This document shows, in pieces, positions 1 to 11,559 of a DNA stretch of 64,000 nt. The notes beneath the pieces are model-generated. The model saw nothing but the letters and a program-made list of their open reading frames with translations, did not search any database and was not told the origin of the DNA. Position numbers and translations under genes: made by a program. The stretch comes from Podarcis erhardii. Lineage: Eukaryota. The stretch lies in the NCBI GenBank assembly GCA_964252035.1, contig OZ176201.1, one strand, 5' to 3'. Every line of letters starts with the position of its first letter. Within the stretch, counting starts at the first letter, position 1.

Positions 1-2869
1 CCCAGAGCTTGTCTTTGGCTAAGCCTGGTATTTAGACACAGGTCTCTCAAACTCATGACCAGAGTACTGCTCACAAAACCTCCCTCTTTCTGGAAACACA
101 GCAACGGAACATGGGCCTGTGATTGCCACTTGGCAAATCAATTACAAACAAGTGACTTAGAGAAGTAGCTCAAGAGTTTCTTTCATGTCTTACCCTCCAG
201 TCAGTTCTAGGTTGATATCAAGCAAGGTACATTGGCAGTGTTACCGGAAAAATCCGAGGGCTCCCTTGGACAAAAAGTAAAGACACCAACCAGAGTAAAT
301 TGGAGCAAATCAGCAGCCTGTAGGCTTGGCCTCTATTGAACTGTTGCAACAGGGTGTTCCCCTCACTTGCAGGAGAGAGGAAAGACACAGAAAAATGGTG
401 TGCAAGACCTTATAAAAACTTTTGAAATTCCCATCCTGTAGGTCAAGCCCACCCCCAGAAACATCATGCATACATTACAGAAAGGAGGGGTTGAGGGAGG
501 AGTTGTGGTGGTAACCTGAGTGTCCTGTCACCTGGCTGGTTCCCTTCTCCCCCTCCCCATGAGTCGTTTTCTGAAGACGAAAGGTAGTCGCAGTTTCCTG
601 CCCCCTGAGGGAAGATCTGATCATTGTCCTTTGTTCCAGTCCATGCTGAATCCACTCCCATATGGAAGTTCTTTGTGATCTTGATTGTCTTCTGTCTAGG
701 ACCATCAGGGTTGGCATAGCAACTGGGCAGGGCTCCTGTGGATGTGCTGGGATGGTGAAGGGATTATGGTGCCCTGTATCAAACCTTCCCCATTTTGTAG
801 TCTTTCCTTCATGGAGTAAAATAAAAGTGGAACAGTGCAAATCCGATGTATGGTTGATTTTCTATGAATTTATAACAGAAGCGTAGCGTATGTAGTGTGT
901 GAGTGTGTGAAGTTTGTAAAACTGAATGATGGGGGGGGGGTTCCTGCTACAGCAGGACAACTGCCTAGCCAGTGTACAGGTAAAAGCATTTGAATGGCAG
1001 AGAATAGGGGGTGGGGAGGTTGTCACCCTCCAGGTATCACTAGACTCCCAACTCCTATCAGCCCCAGTCAGCATGGACAAGGGCGAGGGATAACTGGAGT
1101 TGTTGTAGTCCACAGACATCTAATGCCCCACAGATTCTTCAACCCATGTTCTAAGAAGGAGTCAAGTGCCTATGATGGCCTAGTTAACAAACATGGCCTG
1201 ATTTTGGAAGGTATGCATTTTCTAACCAGTCAGAGATTCAGCAGTTTTAGTAAGGAGGACATGGCCACAAAGCTATGCAACGTGGAGGTGTTACAAATGT
1301 CTGGCTGCCATCATCTCCATTGGAGAGCCAAGGGTATGATTGCCACAGGTATTCCTCTTCCTGTCATTGCTTCTCTTGAAAAAGGCAAATGCTGGCTGTT
1401 CTGGGCCTTAAAATGCCAAGACTAAGAAAATCACAGCTTGTTCATTTGCTTGGTGACGCCTGGAACGATCATCCTCCCAGAGCATGGAAATTTAGAAAGT
1501 GTCAAGAAAACCCTTTGCCTACGTCAAAACAAGTCCTACCCATTTGGGCATCGCTAAGGGGTGGCGGCAATACATGGCTCTCTGTGCGACAGAAGAATAT
1601 TTGAATTATGAACTGGCAGAACAGTCAGCAAAGGAACTTCTTTCCCCATCACTGAATTAAAGCATTCAGCTATTTTCAGCAGCTTACACTTCTCACGAAT
1701 AGGTTGAGCCAAGGAAAGCCAATGCTAATCGGCCGAGAGAACTGCAAATGTTTTGAAATGCTATGTGGATTAGGAGGAAAAGTCCAGATTTTGGGGGGCA
1801 GACATGAATTATTGTGTGTAGATACAAATAAATATTTTTTCCCCAGCTCAGCTTCTGGCTCCCGTCCAGTACACTGCAAATTCATTTTCTTAAAAAAAAA
1901 AGAAAAAGAAAAATGAATAGCCTAGTGTGTTAACAAGTGCCTGATGAATGAGGAGAAACTGCCCTAAGGGGGTAGCCTTGAAAAATTGAACCTTCAATGG
2001 GAGCTGGTCTGTTCAAAATAGGCTGCATATATACATTCTCTGATTCACACTAAGGCTTTCTTATGGCACTTCGTTAATGGAAGGGGTAGTTTTTTAGTAA
2101 TCTGCCTTCATTTTACACCCTGCATTTCTACCCAAAGGATTCATATTTTGCAGGCTCTTTCCTACGTTTCTTCCCCTTGGTTTTACAGGGAAATCATGAT
2201 GAAACATACACACACGAACATAATATTTAAAGGCCAAGCGGAATGAATTTCTTCTCATGTTTTATTTGCATTAACTGGTGACCGTGGGAGTAGGAATGAG
2301 AAAATTCACTCATCTCCTCAAAACTTTTAAAATTCCCCATGTCATCAAATTCACTTCATTTCCCACTGTAGTCAAAATCTAGACACAACTAAAGGATTTG
2401 AGGAACCACTCTTGAGAAATTTGCTATTCATAGTGAAATATGGCTGTTGCAACACTTAGTGGAACTTTTTTCGGTTTCACTCAAGATCATGGTAATGTTT
2501 CGCCTGAAGAAAAGGCTCCAAATTTGTCTTCGGACGAGACAACTTTGGGATGTACAAAATAACCATGAGAAATTTGGGTCATTTCAGTGGTAAACTTTTG
2601 GCTTTCCTTAATATTTCTCAGATGGTTCACCTGAGAAGTAAGTACCAAACTTGCATTGAGCTATACTTTAGCTAAATTTCAGTGACAACTCTTATGTTAA
2701 GGATTTTGCCTTTTTCTTTAGAATATGACACTGATGGCTTGCTCTGCATGTATAATTTTCTGCACATATACCTCATCTATAATACGGTGAGCATCCTTCA
2801 ACTCAGAGCTTACAGCAAACTGCAACCTGAACAAAATAGATTCATCTGTAATATTTATTACTTTTTTAA

Positions 2870-3043
2870 TCTCACCCTGCTTCTAAAGAGCTCAAAGTAG
2901 CACTTTATCCCCACAAAAACCTTGTGAGGTAGGTTAAGCTAAGAGATTGTGACTGATCCAAGGTCACCTGAGAGCTTCACGTTTGAGGAAGGATGCAGAC
3001 CTGGGTTTTTCCTCATCCTAACTCCTAAATTGCACTGCCTCAC
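2870..3043 (-). mobile_element. Degraded MIR/CORE-type SINE
   Basis: Contains the block CCCCACAAAAACCTTGTGAGGTAGG...GTGACTGATCCAAGGTCACC typical of antisense CORE-SINE bodies. Confidence 0.55.
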
Positions 3044-3045
3044 TA

Positions 3046-3250
3046 CTGTCATACCTCTGCGAATGTCCACCCCCTCAATCGTCCATTCGGTGGACGTCCG
3101 CGGCAAACCCGGAAGTACCGGAACGGGTTACTTCCAGGTTTGCTGCTTCGCACATGCGTTAAAACTGTTCCATGTGCACGTGCAGAGTGACGCTCTATCA
3201 AGCGTCTGGGGCTCCGGAATGGATCCCGGACACTCAACGAGGTACTACTG
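3046..3250. mobile_element. Tc1/mariner-pogo (Tigger-like) MITE, 205 bp
   Basis: TA | CTGTCATACCTC ... GAGGTACTACTG | TA: imperfect TIRs, TA target duplication, CpG-rich body. Confidence 0.7.
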
Positions 3251-3377
3251 TATTTATTTCATAGGGCTATTGGTGACACAACATCCTGTCTTGCTGTGGT
3301 GTGTAATGGGTGGCCTAAAAATACTTCCAGAACCTACAAAAGGAACACCTTACTCATGAATACCAGTCTTAGCAATA

Positions 3378-3618
3378 CAGTGGTACCTTGGTTTATGAAC
3401 TTAATCCATTCCGGAAGTCCGTTCTTAAACCAAAACCGTTCTTAAACTGAGGCACACTTTCCCTAATGAGACCTCCTGCCGCTGGTGCCCTTCCACCATT
3501 CAGATTCCATTCTTAGACTGAAGTAAAGTTCTCAAACCGGGACACTATTTCCAGTTTTGCAGAGTTTGTAAACTGAATCGTTCTTAAACCTGACTGTTCT
3601 TAAACCGAGGTACCACTG
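3378..3618 (+). mobile_element. Tigger-like MITE, 241 bp (CAGTGGTACC family)
   Basis: TA | CAGTGGTACCT ... AGGTACCACTG | TA; repeated subterminal GTTCTTAAAC motifs; homologous to copies at 20088, 20332 and 60340. Confidence 0.9.
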
Positions 3619-4799
3619 TAGATCCAAAGGGCTTCAAATGGAGGAGAGGCTGCACTCCAGGATCTATTTTTAAGCTAAAATCCCCAATAAAGCTTACTCT
3701 AGAATAGACTAAGAGGTTTCGGGAGAAGCATGACTGAGAGTTCTTTGGCCATTTCCCATTAATAAAATTGCCATGTTTAGCAACAAATATTCTTTATTAT
3801 ATGTGTTCCTGGACCACAATAGATGTCTCAACTTCCAGACACAACATTAATTAATTCCATTCCCTCCCATTATGGTTTCTGTGGAATAAGAAAGGCGTAA
3901 GGGAGAAAGTGCGAGTGATGTTCTCCCCTGAATTGGTGTCATTCCTCTTGTTGCAGACCTTTTCCTAACAACCTACTGCACAGGCTTGTTCAATTATTTT
4001 CTGGGGCTTTTGGTAGTTTTCCTATTACTATCACAACTTCATAACAAAGGTGAAACATTAAGTCATTCTGAACCCAAAATTAGACGGGAGGAACCTACTC
4101 TGCTCATGGTCAATGCAAAGCTGGAGAGGTTCTGGATTTTCTCAGACGTTACCTAAAGCAACTTTTTGCTGCACTCTGGCTGTCTTGTGTGGGAGGAGTA
4201 GCAGAGTATATACTTTAATACTGTATATTAAACAAAAAAAGGACTTTAGAAGGTAAAGTAGGCCATGACAGACAGGCTGATAGAAATAATGCCACTTACT
4301 TGTCAGCATATAGATAGCCCCACCAGCATTCTAGGATTTATTTATTTTTAACAAAAACATGTGCAACTCAATTCCACCAATATGAAATCATGCCCCTGCA
4401 GCAAAATAGGTAAAGCAAACATTAAAGCTCTCCCTAATCTGACCTTGGGTGTTCTCAGAACTATAAAAAGGATTATTTATGGAACCTCTGGATCAGTGAT
4501 ATAATAGCTTTACTATGCCTAATTACAATGCTCTGGAGTGAGATTACCCTTGTAAGTCAGTCACTCATACACTTAAATGCAGTTTCTCTGGCTGGAACAT
4601 CAACATCAGGGACAGAGCGTTCGCATTGTGAGAGAGCACAGTTGTAAATATAATTTTTCTAGTGACAAAAAATTGTTTGAATTTTGAGGGGATTTGATGT
4701 TTCTGTTAACGTTCTACAATATTAAGTGTTCAAATTCAGTGCTGTGTTCACAGGTTAACTTAATTATTTATTTCTTAAGGAAATTATATTGATCGATGC

Positions 4800-4890
4800 A
4801 TTTTTAGTTGTATCTGTTTCAATTCATGTTGTGAGCCACCTTGGGTCCTGTGCTTGGAGAAAGGAGGGATATAAATAATACAAAATAAAG
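4800..4890 (+). mobile_element. L2 LINE 3' tail fragment
   Basis: TTGTGAGCCACCTTGGG...AAGGAGGGATATAAATAAT followed by an A-rich tail. Confidence 0.55.
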
Positions 4891-6077
4891 ATAAAAGCTT
4901 TGAAGAAATATTTTGTCAATGAAATGATCCGCTGGAAACAAGATATTCTGCTGCGCTGAAAGAGATGCAATATAAACAGCAGGAAATTCAGTAAGACTTG
5001 AGGCCTGTGTCACAGAATGATAGAGCAACTGGGCTGAATGCAAGTATAGATGTAATAAGATAAATAAGGAGAGATTCTTAGGTCATATTTCTCCAGTGAT
5101 AATTATCAAGCAATACCTTGGTTGCTTAAAATCTCCATTGCAGGTCAGCTATCAGACTGAGCCTTCTCATCACATGAATGATGGTAATAGGAGGCATACT
5201 GGGATACGATAAGCTTATCATGCGCTAGCAGCCACTCAAACAGCGAGTTCAATTCATCCTAAAATATGGATGGATAAAATATGTCGATGAAGTTGGATAA
5301 AAAGCAAGGGGGGACAGAGTCGATGCAGACAGAGGTCAGTGGATGAACTGTATTAGGACATGAATGGAGTGCCTTTGGACAGGGCTGAATAGATATAGAG
5401 TGCCCATGGGTAAACGGATGAAACATATGCAGAGAGGAATGGATGGATAAGATGCAGTTATGGATGTATTAATAGATTCAGATAGAGTGCACGCTGGTGA
5501 AAATGGATAGACGGGCTGTTTGAAAATCAAGATGGAGGGATTTATAGGTTTTTTTAAAACCGTAAGCAGACATATTTGGAGTCGCTTGCATCAAAGCAGC
5601 TTTGGGGGTGGGGGAAGTTACCCTCATCCAAAGCAATAAATCTTCTTAATATCAATAGTATTCGGTGGTGCCACGAGCCTTTATTTTACATTTAAACATT
5701 CTACTTTGGATCTCTCACCCACCCACTCACTCACTCAAGCCACCCACAACCTCTGCTGAGCGGTAGCAAGATTCAAGGGGGTTCCAGGCACTCACACAGA
5801 GTTGTGTTTCTGTTGGGGAATCAAGGCACAGCAGAGATGAGTGTAGTTAAGAAATATGGTTTGTTTTACTCATATTGACACCTGGAGCCTTCAGTGGAGG
5901 GGGTGCAGAACATGATGCCCCAACTGTGTCTCTCATAGCTTCAGCAAGCTTGGGCCCAAAGCAACAGCCAGTCATGGCCCCCAGCCTCTTGGTGCAGCCT
6001 CCTCCAGACAACACCACATGGAGCTTTCCCTCATTTTTTGTTCCCAGAACACCTTGCCAAAAAGCCTCTGAGTAAAA

Positions 6078-6384
6078 CAGTGGTTCTCAAACTTTTTTCT
6101 CTAGGCCACACTTTCAGAATAAAAATTTGCTTGCGCCACAACAATTTTTTTATTGATAAGAAATACATTGGGGGGGGGGGAGGACAAGTCCTAGCAGTGC
6201 TGGTTTTGAAAAGATACCTATCCATATTCTGTAAAAAAATATAAATAAAAATTTGATACTCTACTATACCATGCTACACTGAAATGTTTAAATGTTTCTT
6301 TGATCGTCCTTGAATTGTCCCGCCACACTTGCCATCCTCTCCTGCCATACCAGTGTGGTGTACCACACCCTATGAGAACTACTG
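6078..6384. mobile_element. hAT (Charlie-like) MITE, 307 bp
   Basis: TIRs CAGTGGTTCTCA / TGAGAACTACTG; 8-bp TSD GAGTAAAA vs GTGTAAAA (7/8). Confidence 0.85.
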
Positions 6385-7549
6385 GTGTAAAAGAACAACT
6401 TTTTTCCTATGTGACATCAGGCCCAAGTTGCCCTGGCAACCTCCCCCCCCCACTCCCACAGGGTTACCTGTAGGGTCTTTTGCCTTGTAGATGACATCAT
6501 CTCCCTCTGCCCCTCTGTCTGGCAGAAAATGACAGGCAGAAAAAGCAAGCTCAGCCTGTCAGCTCTGATTAAACCCCAGCACCCAAGAATCTAGATGGGA
6601 AAATCTGGCACCCAGAGATCTGGGGGATCCCTGTTCCCACACTAACCCATAACAATACATACTTAGCAGACCAGACCAGAAGAACAGAACTACAGCTATG
6701 CAATGTCTCCAGTACTACATCCCACCATTGAACTAAATTGCCTGGCAGTTACTTTGATAACCTTTTACACATCACTTAGGAAATGAAACAGCAGCACTCC
6801 ACTATTTATTTTGCACTTAGGTTTTTTTAAAACTCTGCATTGGAAAGTATGCCAAGTCTCAGTGGGGTGCTAACATCAGTGACAAATTATATGAAGCACA
6901 CATGTATTTTTATGGTAGGACTTAGCATCATTTTCTGACAACAAATCTATCTAGTAAAGACTCTTGCTGGTGTTTTATCTCATGAACCATATACAGCCCC
7001 CAGATTTGTCTTTTATCGTATTAAGTCATTACATTTAAATATTTTTTGGAATTAATTTAAAATATTTAAATACTGGTGGCCATCAAACGCAACGTACAAT
7101 GGCAATGCAGAATAGAATAGAGAATTGTACAATACAAAATACGATAACATTAAACTTTTGCATTCTTTGTGAATCAAAACCCACATCCACTTGATATTGC
7201 ATTGATACTATATTTGCAGTTGTATTAGACTGCAGAAACCTAATTAAGCCACCACTGTCATATTTATGATTTGAACTAATAGGAAAAAGGACTGCGTAAT
7301 GTTTTTAATACATAGGTATAATTAACATTAATAGGGCTCAATTTGTTAAATATTGCATCATCCTGAAGTAGCAGACACTAGTATGTCTTGTTTATATAGC
7401 AGCCAGTGAAACATGAAGAATAAAAAAACTATGCATCACAGCAATTCACTGGGTAAAATTTAGACTTCCTAGAAATATTGTTTAAACAATGTCTGGTCTT
7501 GAACTCTAGTAGAATGTTAGTCCAGAGCCAAACAGGAAACCGAAAACGT

Positions 7550-7730
7550 ATTGCAGAATGAAGTTCAATGTTGGAAGATTCAGAAGAGACAAAAGAAAGT
7601 GCTTCTTCACACAGCATATAGCTAACCTATGTAATTTGTACCCAACAAGGAAGTGATGGCCACCAACTAGGGTGGCTTTAAAAGAAGGATACTGGCCATG
7701 ATGGCTCTGTTCTATCTCCACTGTCATAGA
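7550..7730 (+). mobile_element. CR1 LINE 3' fragment
   Basis: Translates as MKFNVGRFRRDKRKCFFTQHIANLCNL, resembling the CR1 ORF2 C-terminal GRFRTDKRKYFFTQR motif, followed by GTGATGGCCACCAAC...GCTTTAAAAG. Confidence 0.8.
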
Positions 7731-10171
7731 CTGTGCTGGCTGAGGCTCATGGAGCGGCAGTACAAAACAGCTAGAAGGCAAAAGCTTAGAGAAAGATGCC
7801 CTAGCCATTTTAGTACAGATACAGAACAAATAAGGGGAAACATATAAGCAATATTCTAGCTATTGGCTCAATAGGCAACCTGGGTCCAGAGGCTAATGGT
7901 TGATGTGACATCAAAGACAGGTGATTGCATTTCCAATGCCTTAAAAAAAAAAAAAAACCACCCTAAAGCAGCCATAGCAACCTCCACCCCCAGTTTGGAT
8001 CAGAACCATGGCGCCTGCAGGATTTAACCCTACCACCTTCTTTCAGAGCACTGATGCAAATAGTCAATGTCAGCAAACAGTTGCTATTAGCCCTGAAAGT
8101 GAAAACATGTGGACCTAGTGAGTTTGTATTGCACCTATATTACCCTCCCCATATCCCTCTATGGCAAATAGCTACTTTGTGGGTGTGTGGCTTGCATTGG
8201 GGCTGCCGCAGCATGGAGAAGAAGATTAAGATCTCCTTCATCCACGTGGTCCTGATCCAAACTGGAGCAGTCATGGCTTCTTTCAGCCAACTGGCCAGCC
8301 AATCAAGATGCTGGGAAGAAAGGAGTGTGACCTCCTAGAAGCCCTTCTTCAGCAACCAAGAGGAGGACTGTATGGCACCAATCATAGTGGTGGATTGGCA
8401 GACGGAAGGGAGCGCTGAACCTCTTTCATGCCTCCACCCTTGAATTAATCTTCAGCAACAATTTTGAGTGGAAAAACAGTCCAGGGGGAAGGGAAGCGTT
8501 AAGTGTCTCCTACTCATGCATCAGTCTTCTCCTATGATTGGTGCTAGGCTTTTGTTCCTCTCACTTTGGCATTTATAGCACAGCTTTTGTCAGAGAGCTA
8601 TATGCCTTGTGACTCACCAAACTACCTAAATGCTACCCATTGGCTATATATTGTGGTCTTTCATATATCGGACTCCCTCCTTTCATTACTATCTTGGAAA
8701 GACAGTAAAAAGAGGCAGTTTACTGATATCCTGATGAGCTAGCACAAATCAGTGAGGGTCTGCTTTTAGCTTTGTAGGTAAAATGCATTTATTACAGAAA
8801 AGTGTATTCTTCATTATCTCTATTGGAACTGTTCTTTGGAGAGAAAAAAAAAAGCCAACCGCCTCTCAACAAGGAATCGTTTCAGCACTTCATTGTTGAT
8901 GAATGTGAGGAATGTCCAAATAAACTACAGACTCCATTGGGGAAAGGTTATTCAAGGTTCCCAGCTTTTTCTTTCGCTTCCAACATTCTACTATAAAGTC
9001 AGAAAAGTCCCCAGTCCAGTTCAAGACTCTCCAGGGAAGGTAAATGCCAAAGCCTCCAGCCTGTCTATAATTCTAAAACCAAAACTCGGTTACTTGGCTG
9101 TCCAAAAGAAAGAAGCTTCTGAATATTTCTCAGCCTGAGTTTCTTCAGGGAATTTCACTGCAACATTTCACACCACAACCACCAACACAGTATAAACATG
9201 CTAGTGTCCAACAAAAATCGCAGTTGTGGGATAAAAGAAGGCACTAAGGGTCAAGCTACATGTGACTGACAGCTGTGTGTAACTGTTGCCTTGTCTGCAG
9301 CTGTGGGAGGTTGTAGTCTTGAGCAATGGGTGGTGGAGAGGTGCTTAACCCTTTCTCTTGAGTGATCTGCCTATTCTCAATTCTCAGTTGCTCCAGCCAT
9401 GAACAGCTTTTATCCCTGCAAGAAGGTAGCAGTACATAGTCTTGAAGGAAGCACTGTGTTGGCCTGGGCAGAATTGTAGTTCACTTTGAATGCACACTTA
9501 GATGGATTAAACAAGCTGATACAGTATGTACAACATTCCACTAACTGCCCTTCCTGGTTTTTGTCATCAGGAGGCGAAATATCACCTTTTGTGATGCAGA
9601 GAGTAAAGAGGGTGGGGTTTTCCTACTTTTGACTTGCATGGATGCCTCTATTCGCATGCTCACTGGCTGTGGTACCTAACTCCCAGCCTGAAATCCATTC
9701 CTGTCTAGAGCTTGGCTCAAGCTAGCTCATTCTGGCATGTAAGTGGTATGTAAACAAAGGAATAAACAACCATCAATAACAATTATCTGTTTCTGTGAAA
9801 CAGAATTGATCCAGGACGTTTCAGCATGTCAGTTTTTCTGTGGAATTGCTGGTTGAGCAGCACCAACCCTACCATCAAACATCTGCCTGGAAGCACCCTA
9901 TCTCTTGATTTTAGGTATTTTGCAGGATAGAAAAGAATGTGCGCTGCCATCCTATATTATTTATACACGTTGCTGACAAGACCGTCAACGCAAAACACGG
10001 CAGCGTGGTCGGCCCGCTTTTCTTCCACGATGTCCTTAACATCAGGGGCAGAAGTTCAACAGGCGCAGCTTCGCTTTCTCCCGCTGGCCAGGAGCCACTG
10101 CTACCCTCCCCGAGGCTGAAGCATATATGGAGACACCGGGCACGAAGAGGGACCCGCTCTGCACCACCGCA

Positions 10172-10181
10172 GCGCCTGCGC
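10172..10181 (+). promoter_or_regulatory. NRF1-like site GCGCCTGCGC
   Basis: Near-match to the NRF1 GCGCATGCGC consensus inside the promoter of a nuclear-encoded respiratory-chain gene; motif match only. Confidence 0.5.
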
Positions 10182-10301
10182 TTCCAGCAAAGCACCTGCC
10201 AGGTGCAGCGCGCGACCTCCGCCCGTTCTTTCCGCCTGCCGCGCGCGCCTAGGCTTAAAACGCGACTTTCTCCAGCCGCGCGCGGTGAACTCGCCCACCT
10301 C

Positions 10302-10332
10302 CCGGAAGTCCCGCCTTAGCTCCGCGGAAGTG
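10302..10332 (+). promoter_or_regulatory. Tandem ETS/GABP (NRF-2) sites CCGGAAGT (10302-10309) and GCGGAAGTG (10324-10332)
   Basis: Two consensus GGAAGT cores 22 bp apart near the presumed TSS, typical of cytochrome oxidase-related promoters. Confidence 0.65.
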
Positions 10333-10365
10333 AAGCGGAATCCGGAGGGCGGCCGGGTGGCAATC

Positions 10366-10404
10366 ATGCCGGGCAAGATGGCGGCGCCCACGGAACCGTG
10401 CTGA
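10366..10404 (+). other. Upstream ORF MPGKMAAPTEPC* (second ATG at 10378 gives MAAPTEPC*) in the COX10 5' leader
   Basis: ATG10366 and ATG10378 are in the same frame and close at TGA 10402-10404; ATG10378 context is AAGATGG (-3 A, +4 G). Confidence 0.75.
10374..10385 (+). promoter_or_regulatory. YY1 motif CAAGATGGCGGC overlapping an upstream ATG
   Basis: Full match to the YY1 consensus AANATGGCGGC just downstream of the ETS sites. Confidence 0.7.
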
Positions 10405-10774
10405 GGGGAACGAAGGGCAGGGCGGGCACCGAGTCCCGCTCTCTGCCCTTCCTACGTCGCGCACCGCCTCGGGCTCCCGCAGGTACCAAAGGGAAGTTGG
10501 GGGGGGGGACCTCCGGGAGCTCTTGCCTCTTCCGCCGGGGCGGGAGAAGAAGGGAGGGGAGGGCAGGGTGCCAAAATAAGGCGAGAAGGGGCAACGCCTT
10601 TTCGGAAGGTGCCAGAGAAGGAATGGCTCTCTCCTCCTGGCTTCTCTGCCTGTCGCCTCTCCTCTTTGCACGGCTGCTTCTGCTCCCGTGTGTTCGGAAG
10701 GGCGACTCTAGGTCATAGGAACCTGCCTTGCCCCGTGTCAGACCGTGGCACCGCTTACTGAATGTTACGTGAGG

Positions 10775-10887
10775 TGCCTGTCAGTGGCTGCCCAGGATTT
10801 CAGGCAAGGCCTTCCCTTATCCCTACCTGGGCATCTGAACCTGGGACCTTCCTTCTACGTGCAAAGCAGGGGCACTGCCCGCTGAAC
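10775..10887 (-). mobile_element. Degraded tRNA-derived squamate SINE (family 1) in intron 1
   Basis: Antisense B-box region GAACCTGGGACCTTC..TGCAAAGCAG, shared with the copy at 47846. Confidence 0.55.
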
Positions 10888-11208
10888 AGAGGCGGAGTGA
10901 TGGTAAAAGAAGCCGAGCCGAAAGAGTGAGCAGCTAGTCCAAAGCAGTCTTCTCCCAACAATGCTATAGATATGATTGCTTTTCCTAAATGGAAATGTTT
11001 GCTTTACGGGTCCCAAGGCATGTATGCTTGATTACTGAGCTGAAGCTGGTGTTGTTGGCTACAGCTTCTGTTTCATGGTGTCAGTTTTAAATTACAAGCC
11101 TGTGGTAACTTCTGTGTACACAGGTGGTGCCAAATAAATACATAAATAAATAAATAGCTAACATTGGGGGAGAAAGCAGCCCCCCATTCTCTTCTGCTGT
11201 GTTTGCTG

Positions 11209-11335
11209 ACAACAACAACAACAACACCCCACCCATCTGGCTGACTTGCCCTATCCATTCTGGGTGGCTTCTAACACGTATAAAAACATAATGAAACATT
11301 AAACATTAAAAACTTCCCAATACAGGGCTGCCTTC
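11209..11335 (-). mobile_element. L2 3' end fragment, same family as the copy at 58128
   Basis: (ACA)n tail then CCCACCCATCTGGCTG...CTGGGTGGCTTC...AAAAACTTCCCAATACAGGGCTGCCTT, directly alignable to 58190-58295. Confidence 0.85.
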
Positions 11336-11559
11336 AATAAAAAGTGCAACTTGCTAAAAAGCATAACTTGCTGGGGGTTTTGTTGTTATAGGCTGGGTGA
11401 GAAAAATCTTTCTCTGCTTATGCACTCTTCAATTATTTTCCTATACTGTACTATCTTAGTTGAACAAAAAGAAAAGATGGTGGCAAGGATACACAGGGAA
11501 AGAAGGTGCATTCATTTCAGTTGTATGTTTTAAGGCTTATGTTTAGTGGGAGGTGAAGA

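Larger units (their letters stand above)
10320..10482 (+). other. COX10: COX10 exon 1 (probable; apparently non-coding; 5' end approximate)
   Basis: Donor CAG|GTACCA at 10482/10483, the best donor I saw downstream of the YY1/uORF motif, followed by G-rich intronic sequence. No ATG in the frame needed to join exon 2. Confidence 0.6.
9950..10750. promoter_or_regulatory. COX10: CpG island / COX10 promoter
   Basis: Abrupt switch to GC- and CpG-rich sequence in an otherwise CpG-depleted window, ~2.6 kb upstream of exon 2. Confidence 0.92.

Noticed and set aside
464-661. Minus-strand ORF with TKDND..GNC, faintly like a fibrinogen C-domain motif
   Set aside because: Spacing and the downstream GGWW motif do not match; no partner exons seen.
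994-1425. Longest ORF in the track (143 aa), with an LRR-like LCNVEVLQMSGCHHL stretch
   Set aside because: Its start overlaps a decayed hairpin-type repeat (~1010-1110), there is no convincing exon structure, and I recognise no homology.
5208-5219. 12-bp palindrome GATAAGCTTATC (double GATA; vector-like)
   Set aside because: About 15 such palindromes are expected by chance in 64 kb, and the flanks do not match a cloning-vector polylinker.
5290-5700. Purine-rich degenerate GATA/TGGA tract ending in AATAAATC..GGTGCCACGAG, perhaps a Penelope relic
   Set aside because: No stable repeat unit and only a short motif match; not enough support.
9911-10718. Cluster of 60-138 aa ORFs on both strands over the CpG island
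   Set aside because: Expected from stop-codon scarcity in GC-rich DNA; Arg/Pro/Gly-rich with no recognisable domain. Only the 10623 sub-ORF is kept, as a hypothesis.
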